Source: a virus (lineage: Duplodnaviria; Caudoviricetes). Taken from it: a DNA stretch of 56,283 bases. The notes below the pieces were generated by a model that saw only the letters and a program-made list of their open reading frames with translations, did no database searches and had not been told where the DNA came from. This document shows positions 18,498-28,330 of this stretch, in pieces (within the stretch, counting starts at the first letter, position 1; every line of letters starts with the position of its first letter). The stretch covers positions 1-56,283 of the IMG/VR virus record IMGVR_UViG_3300030380_002510; one strand, given 5' to 3'. The position numbers were made by a program, and so were the translations under genes.

Positions 18498-18848
18498 ATG
18501 GATTTAATTAAAATGCACCCAATGGCGAGAAAATTAGAACAGGCTCAAAAAGGGTTTTTGACGGCTCTTGAAGGTGATGATGCCGAAGTAGCGAAGCAAC
18601 ATTTAACCGAAGTTCAAAAGTTAGCAGATTTTCTTGCAGATGATTTAACAACTATAATTGCTAAATCCGAATCCGCAAAAGGAATTAATGATATATATGC
18701 GGGTGGAGTTCCTGTAATCAAATTTACCGAGGGAAGAGGTAGAGCAGGTTCTATTGAAGGTAAAAGATTACCCGGTTCTATTACCACAGGTGTTAAGAAA
18801 TCTAATTATTCTCGCACCGCAGGTACTTATGGTCGCTATACTAATTGA
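18498..18848 (+). CDS. Hypothetical head-module protein
   Basis: 116 aa. Helical hairpin N-terminus, IAKS and SAKG sites, basic Gly-rich tail. Confidence 0.75.
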   Translation: MDLIKMHPMARKLEQAQKGFLTALEGDDAEVAKQHLTEVQKLADFLADDLTTIIAKSESAKGINDIYAGGVPVIKFTEGRGRAGSIEGKRLPGSITTGVKKSNYSRTAGTYGRYTN

Positions 18849-18857
18849 GGTCATAAT

Positions 18858-19196
18858 ATGACAGAAGATAACTCCGAGCGTTTGGTTAATGCTTTGATTA
18901 CCAAAATGGAAGTCATGGATAATAGTATAGAACTATTAAAGCAAGAAAATCAGCGTTTAAAAAAATTAATTAATAATCCTCAATCTTTGTTAAAGAAAAT
19001 GGGTATGGTAAAGACATCTACTCCATTTGCAGAAGATATGCAAGATGACCCTTTTAGAAATGATTTAAATGATGACAGTATACTAAAGGGTATTAATTCT
19101 GCAATTCCACAAACTAATGAAGATTTCCACAACATGTCGTGGGAAGATATACATGAGTTAGCCAACAATTCTAAAGAAAAAGAGATGATACAATGA
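18858..19196 (+). CDS. Scaffold-like coiled-coil protein
   Basis: N-terminal coiled coil. C-terminal NMSWEDIHELAN nearly matches the protease/scaffold C-terminus NMSWDEVHSLAN. Confidence 0.7.
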   Translation: MTEDNSERLVNALITKMEVMDNSIELLKQENQRLKKLINNPQSLLKKMGMVKTSTPFAEDMQDDPFRNDLNDDSILKGINSAIPQTNEDFHNMSWEDIHELANNSKEKEMIQ

Positions 19197-19852
19197 AACC
19201 AAGATATGAAGAAATGAGTTATGAAACTACAGTTTTATTTGAAAAAGCACATCAATTAAGTTCAAGATTAAATTTATTAGAAAAGGCTAGTATGGCTGAA
19301 AAAGATAAATATTGCATGAAGAATTTTGGTAAGAAATACTCCGAATGTTCGGAAAAGCAAAAGGCTCAATGTGACAAGGCTCACGGTAAAGTCGAGAAGG
19401 GTAAAGATTGTCCCGATTGTAAAAACAATGATTGTCCTACTTGTAAAATGGAAAAGGCTGAAAAATGTCCGTCGTGTGGTGAAAAAATGGAAAAAGGTGC
19501 TTGCATGAAGATGGGTTGTGGAGGTAAAATGGAAAAGGCTGAAAAATGTCCGTCGTGTGGAGGTAAAATGGAAAAAGGTGCTTGCATGAAGATGGGTTGT
19601 GGAGGTAAAATGGCTAAAGCCCAACCGGGATTTAAACCGGAAAAAATTACTGATGTAAACCCGCATTTTGTGGCAGAATCGGGTGGTCAAACAAAATCGG
19701 GTTATTTTACTACTAACGGTAGAACCATTGAAACCGAAGATGCTAAACCCAAAAAGAAAAAGTTAGAGTCTAAATTTAATATGGAAAGACTTTCATCAAG
19801 ACAAAATCCACATTCCGATACAGGGGTAGTAAGAGAAGAACAGTTTGATTGA
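19193..19852 (+). CDS. Cys/Lys-rich repeat protein
   Basis: Repeated MEKAEKCPSCG(E/G)KMEKGACMKMGCGGK units. Confidence 0.8.
   Translation: MKPRYEEMSYETTVLFEKAHQLSSRLNLLEKASMAEKDKYCMKNFGKKYSECSEKQKAQCDKAHGKVEKGKDCPDCKNNDCPTCKMEKAEKCPSCGEKMEKGACMKMGCGGKMEKAEKCPSCGGKMEKGACMKMGCGGKMAKAQPGFKPEKITDVNPHFVAESGGQTKSGYFTTNGRTIETEDAKPKKKKLESKFNMERLSSRQNPHSDTGVVREEQFD
19443..19613 (+). repeat. Coding tandem repeat, 81-bp period, about 2.1 copies
   Basis: Units start at 19443, 19524 and 19605 (gtaaaatggaaaaggctgaaaaatgtccgtcgtgtgg...) and are near-identical. Confidence 0.95.
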
Positions 19853-19862
19853 AGGTGATATT

Positions 19863-20033
19863 GTGAAACCTGTAGCAATCAAAAAAACTAATATTAATTC
19901 TCGATTTAGAGAAGCGGGAGAAGCAGGTTTACCTATTATTTGTAGAAAATGCGGCGGTGTTAATACATCGGGTTGTAATTTATATAGAGGTATGGATATA
20001 CACGCATGTCCACAGTTTGAGCCGCTATCATAG
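19863..20033 (+). CDS. Small Cys4 protein
   Basis: Likely GTG start at 19863 after AGGTGA (MKPVAIKK...). CRKC...C...C. Confidence 0.65.
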   Translation: MKPVAIKKTNINSRFREAGEAGLPIICRKCGGVNTSGCNLYRGMDIHACPQFEPLS

Positions 20034-20044
20034 GCGGTGAATAA

Positions 20045-23000
20045 ATGATAGATGAATTTAACATTTGTAAAAATGACTTTCTAATATCATTATACGATGG
20101 TTTAGATTTATCTCGTAATGCGGCTGAATATGTAATGGCTTGGGAGTCATTAGAAAAAGCCCCGCTAGATAATATTTCTTTAAGTCTTAAAGATACTGCT
20201 GAATTAATACTAAAGAATGAAAGTAATTTCGTAAGAGGTGAAAATAAAATATTTGATTTACCTAAAAAAGAAGGACCGGGTTATCTTCTTGCATCTAAAA
20301 CAACTTTTGGAGAACCCACTAATCATGTATGGGCTGACGGATTAGCAATAGATGAAGGTAGAAAGTATGGTATGTACCCTAAATACATAGCAAAACCCAC
20401 ATCTTCATACAAAGACCATCATTTTCCTTATCATGAGTTTAATCACCCACTTAGACAAATAAATAGTCATAGTGGATTACCTAACATGTTTGAATTACTT
20501 AGAGCGTTAGGTCCGGGTGGTTATGGAAAAGATGAAAGAGATATGGAGCGAGCATGGTTTAAAGAAATGACCGAGGCTAATAGTCCACTAATTACAGGAT
20601 ATAAGGCAGGTAAAAAGTCTATACCGATATTAGGCGACATAAACACATTCGGTACAATTGGTAATCACCAATACGATTTGTATGAAAGAGATTTTAGAAG
20701 ATGGCAAAAAGAAAACCCATTAGAATACGGTTTGACAGAAAATGAATTAAGGGATATGCACTTTAACGATAAAGTCAAAGAATGGTCTTCACCTATTGAT
20801 GGGTTAAGTCATGATGGATTTATGTTTGGGCTTGAATGGTTTTCACCCGAAGAAAGAGAAGGTTTGGAATCACAAATAAGTAAAGGTATAGATGACAAAA
20901 CTACACTTACATTACCTAATGGACAAAAAATCCCATCAGCAAGAATAGCATATAACAACTTAATGAGAAGAACACCGGAAATGAATTTTATGATTAGGTC
21001 TAACGGTCATTTTGGAAGAAACTCTCACTATAGACAACAATCAAATGAAGAAGATTATAGTCAAGGTGAAAACAGATTTATTCAATCAGCAGTGGCAGAT
21101 ACAATGCACACTTATAATTCATATTTAGATGAACCTGTAGCAAAATATATCTTAGATGAAATAAACGATAAGTATGTTGAAGAAGGTAAAAAACCATTTG
21201 AAAGATTACCTGCATTAAACTTACACAAAGAAAAATACAAAGATGAGTACGGGTTAAAAGACTTGAGAGCAGGTGCTAGAAAAGAAAGAATGTCTATGGA
21301 AGATGTATTATTTTTAGCAGGTTTTGACCCCGAAACTAAACAACTAATTGGAAATCACCCTATACACGGTAAAATGGAAGGACCAATTATAGGTTTAGAT
21401 ATTTTAAGTGCTTTAGAAAATGAGGCAAAAAGCAATAGTACTTTACAACAAAAAGCCAAAGATATGTTAAATCATCGTGCTTTTTTTACTTCTCCACATG
21501 GACCTCACCCCGATGAAACCAAACCTAAATATTGGCGTATTGACGATGATGGTTTTACCTATGGACCAAGTAAATTCTATGAAAGAATGTACTCTAACAT
21601 ACCGGGTATGAATCTATCACCTGCTACTTGGATGGAATTTAATCATTCAATGTCGCCGGATAAAGACTCATCTTATTTATTTGAAACAGACCCTACCGGA
21701 AGACAATTTTTCAAACCTCATTCTAATAACAAAATATTAGGTATGCACTTTGGTCCTAATGAAACAAAGGAATTAGGTTATTTATCACCGGAAACTAATA
21801 GATTTACATACTCAAATTTACCTAATCCGATGGTAAATATATTTTCACCATTTGGTACAAGTAGAAGCACTAACTTAACTGATAAAACTAATTATACAGA
21901 ACATAAATCTGCAATAAATCCTATATATGAATATTTTATGAGAAATGCTAGTTCTCAAGATAAAAAAGATTTAGGCACTGCAAATAAACACATGGCTCTC
22001 CATAAAGTGCATAATCCTACTTTACTAAATACTCCCGAAGCATATTATGGTTCTAATCCTACAGATACTCGTTTACATGAAAAAGCAGTTAAATCACATA
22101 TTCTTAACACATTCTTAGGTAGGAGAGAACACCCTTTTACACCACCTAAAAAAGCAGTTGCACAGTTGAAAGATTTGTTAAATGGTGATTTAGCAATAAG
22201 TGGTGGGTTAGATTTACAGGAGTTCAAAGATTACATAAATTGGGATTCTAAACCTATTACATATAGTAATGTAAAAAATATTATGGAAATGGGAGATTAT
22301 TCGGCAGTTCGCTTAGTAAACGCCGTTAGTGATATATTAGGTACAAAAAGAGCAGATAAAATTAACGAGTTCATAGGTAAATTAGACGGTGATAAAAATA
22401 ATGAAGAACATAAGAAATTACATGATTACTATATGGAAAATCATGACTTTCAACCATTTGATAAAATTAATATTAATGAAGCAACATCGGGAATACGAGA
22501 TATTGTGAATAAAGTACATCAGCAAAAAATGAAGCAAAGTAAATCTAAGAAAATACTTACTAATGAACATGATGCTATTAATGCTATTCTAAGTTTTGGA
22601 GGTAATCAAAAGTCTACTGAACAAGAAAAAAGATTTAGAGAAACTATAGATTCAATTAATCAAATGTTGTTAAATCCTAATTTATCTCAAGCAGATGTAA
22701 TGGGTCTAAGAGATGACATGAAAGAAGCAGTTAAAGGACTTAATGCAGTTCAATCAAAAAGTAAACCCGATAACTTTTGGAAAATAGGGGCAAATCAAAA
22801 ACTACAGGCTCTAAAAGGTCATCACGATACAATTGTAGACTATGCTAAAAATACCATCATGCCCTTAGTGCTTGAACAACAACCCGATGCTTTTGACCCC
22901 AACAATCCTGTACAGTTTATACACAATGCACAAAAAATGTTATCCGATACTCAAAAACATATACTAAGCACTAACAATCATAACCTAACCACTACTAACT

Positions 23001-25600
23001 ATGGTAGAAGTTTTGAAATAAAACAAAACAAACAACTTACTCAACATAATGAAATAGCAAGTCATTTACTAAACAATGGTAAACAAATAGACGGTAATAT
23101 GACAGTAGATGAAGTAATAGAAATGTTAAATCTAACTAAAACACCTACTATGAAAGAACATGTAAGAAATATTATTGATGAGTCTAGTAAAAGACAAGTT
23201 CCTCTTATTGTAGATACAATAAGTAATATGTTAGTGAACGGGCCTATATCTCAAATTGGTAATACAGATATATCCCATTTACAAGAACCTAACAATGAAA
23301 TAATAAATTCTAATTATGATGAATTAAGTAGTGCTGATAAGTTTCATCATGATACTCACAATCTAGGTTTACATCAAGCGATAGACTTAGCACAAAAAAG
23401 AGCAGGTAAAGAAAAAGAAAATTGGAAAGCGCATAAAATACATGCAATATCTCAAGTATTACCTAGATTATTGAATAGACAACAATACGGAGCATCTATG
23501 CAAAATAGCGGTTTAGAATTTTTCCATGCAAACGATTTTGATGTACACGGTGTAAAATCTGCCGGTAAAGGAATTAAAAGAAATACTTTTGCTACTAAAA
23601 ATAATCTTGACTCATTAGCGGTATTAGATGAAAGAATGCTATATGATGAACAGGGTAATGTTATTGATAGTGCTTTTATGCCCGAAGAAAATGAAGTTGT
23701 TACATCGGCAGGTATGACAAAGACAAAAATTGGAAAAGTAAATCCTTCTAATGCTAGTATGTATAACATATTTGGTGGTGGAGCAATACATGAAGGTACT
23801 TTAGCAAAACCTAGTTTTGGTATTGAAACAAATATGAATGGTGAACCTATAGTTGGACAATACGGCCAAGAAGGATTATATCACACAGTAAGTGAAGAAG
23901 CATTAAATAATTTATTTGGAAAAGACATTACTCAACAAGTTCTTACAACACTACCACCACCACAAAACCCATTGTCTGCTCATCAAGGTTTAGATATGGA
24001 AACATATACATCACCTTCCGACGACCCATCAAGTATCGCTATGAGCGAAATTTCAACATATATTACATCACTTCTTAATCCCGATGTATTATTAATGAAA
24101 AATGATGATGTAAAGTGGTCGCCTCCGATTAGACCCATGCACCGTATATTTGAATTAAATGACCTTGAACACATGAGAGGTTTTAGTGGTTCATGGGTAG
24201 TAAGTAAATGGTATGATGGTAAAAGAGTAATAATAGTAAACGAGGATGACACTATTACTGTTTATGATGAAAACGGTAAGAAAGTAGGTCTTAGAAAATC
24301 ATTCAAAGAAAATTTATCAAAACTTAACAAAAGAGATTATGTTATTGATGGTATATTAGGTGAAGATGAATTAAATATAGTTGATATTTTAAATTATGAT
24401 GCTAACAATGTAAGCGACATGTTGTTGCATGAAAGAATGAAATTATTAAGGAGTCAATTTGATAGCCATGAAAATATCATTATACCCGGACCACATGATA
24501 CTAAAATGACTGACGATGAGGGTTTAGATGACGCAGTAAAAAGCCTTCAAGAAGAACATGGTGTATTATTACTTAGAGATAATAAATCTACTTATATGAA
24601 AGGAGAGCGTAGACACCCTAAGTGGTTAATTCTTAGAAAAACTAAAGATTACAACTTTATTATTTTAAATGTAAAAGGAAAGAACACCCACACATATCAG
24701 TTAGGTGCAGGTCCGATACTTGACGGTTCTAAGTTAGGTAATAGAGCAGTAGAAGTAAATGGGAATTATTACATGGACATAGGAACTATACATAATCAAA
24801 AAACTGAATATAAAGTTGGTGATATAGTTAGAGTATCTATTACAGGTATTACAAAGAAAACTCGTGGTGGTAGAGATGTTTTCAATGTACAAATGAAAGA
24901 AATCATAGGTGAGGGTGAGGGTGAGGGTGCGGCTAGTGCAGAATCTTTAAATTTACTAACTAAGTCATTTAACCCTATACTTGTACCTCATGATATAGAA
25001 TTTGAAGATAATAAATTAAAAGTAATTTTAAAAGATATTGATACTGTAGAGTATAATGTAGTTGAGCATGACAATATGTGGTACTTAGAAAATCCACATA
25101 CCGCTTTAAGTGATTTAAGAAAAACAAGTTATCCTATTACACTTGCTGAAAGTATGCTTCCTTATTGGAGTTCAGTTGCACCACTTATGTTTAGTGGACA
25201 TATAATAAAAGATGATGTGTTAAGTCAAAAACCACCAAGCCGTAAAAAACAAGAAAAACAATCAGCAGGTGTATTAGAAGCAGATGATGAAAATAGATTA
25301 CTCAAACCTACTACTAAGAAAGCCTTAGAAATTATATCTCGTGCATTAGACCAATTACAAAAAGAACGCACTACATGGACAGGTCCGAAGGGTCTAGGTA
25401 TAGATATGGCTACACCTATTGAATCCCCAAGTGGCCCTACTCGTTTGGCTAATGAAGAAACTATGCCGGACTATGATGGTAGAAAGAGAAGCGATGAAGA
25501 AGAAATTCAGCCTAAAAGTAATGACAAAAAGAAAAAACCAATAAAACATATAGAGATGAGTAATGATGCTTCGCAGTTGTCCGATTTTAATAAAATCTAA
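20045..25600 (+). CDS. 1851-aa head-module protein with a degenerate ATP-dependent DNA ligase (NTase plus OB) module
   Basis: About 24100-24960: VVSKWYDGKRV (motif I), VIDGIL (III), IVDIL (IIIa), LHERMKLL, HGVLLLRDNKSTYMKGERRHPKWLILRK (IV/V), then an OB-like region. N-terminal ~1350 aa unrecognised. Confidence 0.8.
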   Translation: MIDEFNICKNDFLISLYDGLDLSRNAAEYVMAWESLEKAPLDNISLSLKDTAELILKNESNFVRGENKIFDLPKKEGPGYLLASKTTFGEPTNHVWADGLAIDEGRKYGMYPKYIAKPTSSYKDHHFPYHEFNHPLRQINSHSGLPNMFELLRALGPGGYGKDERDMERAWFKEMTEANSPLITGYKAGKKSIPILGDINTFGTIGNHQYDLYERDFRRWQKENPLEYGLTENELRDMHFNDKVKEWSSPIDGLSHDGFMFGLEWFSPEEREGLESQISKGIDDKTTLTLPNGQKIPSARIAYNNLMRRTPEMNFMIRSNGHFGRNSHYRQQSNEEDYSQGENRFIQSAVADTMHTYNSYLDEPVAKYILDEINDKYVEEGKKPFERLPALNLHKEKYKDEYGLKDLRAGARKERMSMEDVLFLAGFDPETKQLIGNHPIHGKMEGPIIGLDILSALENEAKSNSTLQQKAKDMLNHRAFFTSPHGPHPDETKPKYWRIDDDGFTYGPSKFYERMYSNIPGMNLSPATWMEFNHSMSPDKDSSYLFETDPTGRQFFKPHSNNKILGMHFGPNETKELGYLSPETNRFTYSNLPNPMVNIFSPFGTSRSTNLTDKTNYTEHKSAINPIYEYFMRNASSQDKKDLGTANKHMALHKVHNPTLLNTPEAYYGSNPTDTRLHEKAVKSHILNTFLGRREHPFTPPKKAVAQLKDLLNGDLAISGGLDLQEFKDYINWDSKPITYSNVKNIMEMGDYSAVRLVNAVSDILGTKRADKINEFIGKLDGDKNNEEHKKLHDYYMENHDFQPFDKININEATSGIRDIVNKVHQQKMKQSKSKKILTNEHDAINAILSFGGNQKSTEQEKRFRETIDSINQMLLNPNLSQADVMGLRDDMKEAVKGLNAVQSKSKPDNFWKIGANQKLQALKGHHDTIVDYAKNTIMPLVLEQQPDAFDPNNPVQFIHNAQKMLSDTQKHILSTNNHNLTTTNYGRSFEIKQNKQLTQHNEIASHLLNNGKQIDGNMTVDEVIEMLNLTKTPTMKEHVRNIIDESSKRQVPLIVDTISNMLVNGPISQIGNTDISHLQEPNNEIINSNYDELSSADKFHHDTHNLGLHQAIDLAQKRAGKEKENWKAHKIHAISQVLPRLLNRQQYGASMQNSGLEFFHANDFDVHGVKSAGKGIKRNTFATKNNLDSLAVLDERMLYDEQGNVIDSAFMPEENEVVTSAGMTKTKIGKVNPSNASMYNIFGGGAIHEGTLAKPSFGIETNMNGEPIVGQYGQEGLYHTVSEEALNNLFGKDITQQVLTTLPPPQNPLSAHQGLDMETYTSPSDDPSSIAMSEISTYITSLLNPDVLLMKNDDVKWSPPIRPMHRIFELNDLEHMRGFSGSWVVSKWYDGKRVIIVNEDDTITVYDENGKKVGLRKSFKENLSKLNKRDYVIDGILGEDELNIVDILNYDANNVSDMLLHERMKLLRSQFDSHENIIIPGPHDTKMTDDEGLDDAVKSLQEEHGVLLLRDNKSTYMKGERRHPKWLILRKTKDYNFIILNVKGKNTHTYQLGAGPILDGSKLGNRAVEVNGNYYMDIGTIHNQKTEYKVGDIVRVSITGITKKTRGGRDVFNVQMKEIIGEGEGEGAASAESLNLLTKSFNPILVPHDIEFEDNKLKVILKDIDTVEYNVVEHDNMWYLENPHTALSDLRKTSYPITLAESMLPYWSSVAPLMFSGHIIKDDVLSQKPPSRKKQEKQSAGVLEADDENRLLKPTTKKALEIISRALDQLQKERTTWTGPKGLGIDMATPIESPSGPTRLANEETMPDYDGRKRSDEEEIQPKSNDKKKKPIKHIEMSNDASQLSDFNKI

Positions 25601-25640
25601 TACTTTCTTTAACAGGGAAAGTATGCGAGTAGTTAATATA
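25583..25640 (+). promoter_or_regulatory. Two small inverted repeats and a putative TATA box upstream of the protease/capsid genes
   Basis: GATTTTA-A-TAAAATC (25583-25597). TACTTTC...GAAAGTA (25601-25623). TTAATATA about 26-33 nt upstream of the SD-less ATG 25666. Confidence 0.45.
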
Positions 25641-25665
25641 CCATGACAAGATGTTCTACTGATTA

Positions 25666-27075
25666 ATGCTTACGATTCAGCGACCATCTACAGGGCTATC
25701 AGTCCTAAAGAGTGGAACTGATTTAGTTGTTGCCGGATATGCTTCGGTAGAACTCGTAGATAAGCAAGGAGATTTGATTACTAGAGGCGCACTTAAAGAT
25801 GCGTTTGATGGTTTTATGAAGTCCGACAGATACAGAAATGTACAGTTGGCTCATTCTAATATACAAGTTGGAGAAGTAATTGATAGTTATGTAGACTCCA
25901 ACGGTAGAATGTGGAAGTCCGAAGTAGACGACACAGGAATGTTCGTAGTTTGTAAACTGCGAAACGATATTGAAAAGGCTCGTGAAGTAGCCGCAGAAAT
26001 ACGCAAAGGTAACTTGCAGGGATTCTCCATTGGTGGACAGGCTTTTAAGCGTGTTAGGAAGGCTGATGGTGAACACGGAGAATACCAAGAAATAAGTAAA
26101 ATGGAACTCCATGAAATTACGATTTGTGAAAAGGGTATCAATCCCGAAGCACAATTTAGAATTTTAAAGGAAGATGTGAATAATATGACAGACATAGATA
26201 ATGACCTAAACGCAGTAATGAACAGGCTAGAAGCAAGACTTGACGCTATGGAGAAAGGTGAAATTCCACCTCAACTCCGAGAGCATATCAAGGGTAAGAA
26301 AGATGATTCCGACGATAAAAAAGAAATGAAGGATGATAAAATGAAGGCCGAAGAAGAAATGAAAGAGAAAAAGAAAGATGAGGACAAAGATGACAAAATG
26401 TACATGAAAGGTAACGAGTACAGTGATGTTATTAGTGCTGAATATCTAAATTGGATGGAAGACACTCTAAAGTCTGCCGGTGTAGATACCGCAGGTGCAA
26501 GACTACATTTCGACCAAATGGAGAAAGCGCAACTTGGAGGATTCGATAACCCGGATGCAGTAGATGGTGCAGATTATTTCGGTGGACAAGTTAGAGGCCG
26601 AGGACAAACCGCAGGTAGTCCATCAACAGGTGCTATTAGTGCAGTAAGTCAAAGTGGCGGAAAGCAACCGGCAGGTGCTATGGGTGCGGCTGAACTTTCA
26701 AAGTCCTACATTAATCCAAATGAAGTTTCCTCAAGTGATATTGAAGCGGCTTATGAAGTTTACAAAGCGGCGGCTATGGAACAACAATTCCGAGGCGACC
26801 TAGAAGGACACTTTGCTTCAAGATTTGCTAATGAACAAGCAGTTGCTAAATCCGAAGCAGAAAAAGCACAATTTGACGCTCGTGAACCAATTAGTGAAGT
26901 TATGAAGGCTCTTGAAGGACTATCCGAAAGAATTGACAACCTAACCACAGAAGGAACTACTATCGCTAAGGCTGACACCTCCACAAATGTAAGTGTACCA
27001 AGTACACAAGATTTGAACAATATGTCATGGGATGAAGTACATTCTTTGGCTAACAGTGTTTACAGGAGAACATGA
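25666..27075 (+). CDS. Prohead (maturation) protease, HK97-type, fused to scaffold
   Basis: VVAGYASVELVDKQGDLI, QLAHSN (catalytic His), LQGFSIGG (catalytic Ser), LHEITICEKGINPEA, followed by a charged coiled-coil scaffold region. Confidence 0.93.
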   Translation: MLTIQRPSTGLSVLKSGTDLVVAGYASVELVDKQGDLITRGALKDAFDGFMKSDRYRNVQLAHSNIQVGEVIDSYVDSNGRMWKSEVDDTGMFVVCKLRNDIEKAREVAAEIRKGNLQGFSIGGQAFKRVRKADGEHGEYQEISKMELHEITICEKGINPEAQFRILKEDVNNMTDIDNDLNAVMNRLEARLDAMEKGEIPPQLREHIKGKKDDSDDKKEMKDDKMKAEEEMKEKKKDEDKDDKMYMKGNEYSDVISAEYLNWMEDTLKSAGVDTAGARLHFDQMEKAQLGGFDNPDAVDGADYFGGQVRGRGQTAGSPSTGAISAVSQSGGKQPAGAMGAAELSKSYINPNEVSSSDIEAAYEVYKAAAMEQQFRGDLEGHFASRFANEQAVAKSEAEKAQFDAREPISEVMKALEGLSERIDNLTTEGTTIAKADTSTNVSVPSTQDLNNMSWDEVHSLANSVYRRT

Positions 27076-27107
27076 GGATATAAAATATAAAATTAGGAGA
27101 TGAAAAT

Positions 27108-28292
27108 ATGGCAAGAGATTACATAAGAAACATAACAGATATGGAAAGATACTTCTACGGAGCAGGTAACGCTATGGGCTATTCCTACTCCGGTAGTGAG
27201 TTATTGAAGGCTGACGCACCAATGCTAAGTACTACCGCAGGTACATACCAAGCAATTTACGGTAGAAAAGTTTGGTCGCAGTTAAACCAAGAATTTAACG
27301 CATTCTCAATACTACCTAAGAGGCCGTGGGAAAGAAGTGGTTGGAGAGTTATTACTGAAAGACCATCTTTCACAGTTGGTGGCGGTGTAGCAGAAAACGC
27401 TACTCTACCGGACACAACCAAACCTACCTTCCAACACATAGCCGCAAAACCAAAGACAGTTGTTCATACATTTGACATGAGCGAAACTGCTATGTTTTTG
27501 GCTGACAAAGATGACGGTCTAGGTGACATTCGTGCAGTATTAAAAGAAGAAATGGGTAAGCATCACGCAGAACACATTAACAAAATGCTTACACAAGACA
27601 CTGATACTGTAGCAGGTAATGACTTTGAATCACTAGATAGAATTACTGCTTCTTCAACTATGGACAGTACAGGTACAGGATATGCCGCTACTGTAGCAAG
27701 TGGAGCATCTACTACTCACACTGCTCACATTGACAGTGCGGCTGACCTTGATATTTACAGCATCAACCGAGCCGCAAACTCTTGGTCTAACGCAGAAGTA
27801 AATATTGCTACTGATGCAGGTCTTACTGAAAGAACCCTATCTTTAGACCACCTAGATACCCTATTCCAACAGATATGGGTTCGTGGTGGTAATCCAAAGG
27901 TTATTCTAACAGGATATGATACTCTAATGAGATTACAACAACTACTACAAAGCCAACAAAGATTCATGGAAGAAAAGAGAGTCACACCAACCTACAACGG
28001 TGTTAAAGGTGTACCGGGTATTGAAGCCGGTTTCATCGTAGCAACTTACAACGGTGTACCTATCATTCCATCTAAAGATGTAGCAAAAGATGGTCTAAGT
28101 CGTATGTACTTCTTGGACACAGATTATATCTACTTCTCAACTGCTATACCTACACAGTACTTTGAGTCCGGTATTGAAACCGGCGACCCATTCGCTATTA
28201 ACCGTCTTGGACAAGAGGGTATGTACCGTTCAATGGGAGAAGTTTGGACAACTTTCTTTGGTGGACATGGTTCAATCCGTGATTTGGCTTGA
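27108..28292 (+). CDS. Major capsid protein (HK97 fold)
   Basis: Directly after protease/scaffold, SD AGGAGA. Motifs IYGRKVWSQLNQE.NAFSILPK.PW..SGWRV and VATYNGVPIIPS...MYFLDTD recall magrovirus/halovirus capsid proteins. Confidence 0.93.
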   Translation: MARDYIRNITDMERYFYGAGNAMGYSYSGSELLKADAPMLSTTAGTYQAIYGRKVWSQLNQEFNAFSILPKRPWERSGWRVITERPSFTVGGGVAENATLPDTTKPTFQHIAAKPKTVVHTFDMSETAMFLADKDDGLGDIRAVLKEEMGKHHAEHINKMLTQDTDTVAGNDFESLDRITASSTMDSTGTGYAATVASGASTTHTAHIDSAADLDIYSINRAANSWSNAEVNIATDAGLTERTLSLDHLDTLFQQIWVRGGNPKVILTGYDTLMRLQQLLQSQQRFMEEKRVTPTYNGVKGVPGIEAGFIVATYNGVPIIPSKDVAKDGLSRMYFLDTDYIYFSTAIPTQYFESGIETGDPFAINRLGQEGMYRSMGEVWTTFFGGHGSIRDLA

Positions 28293-28330
28293 GGTTAATG
28301 GAGAAAAAAATATTAAGGAGATGATTAAAT

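Noticed and set aside
24908-24928. (GGTGAG)n microsatellite
   Set aside because: Short in-frame GEGEGEG coding repeat; no sign of phase variation.
20045-25600. Calling this a functional replicative DNA ligase
   Set aside because: Catalytic motif residues are substituted and the context is head morphogenesis; reported as a degenerate module.
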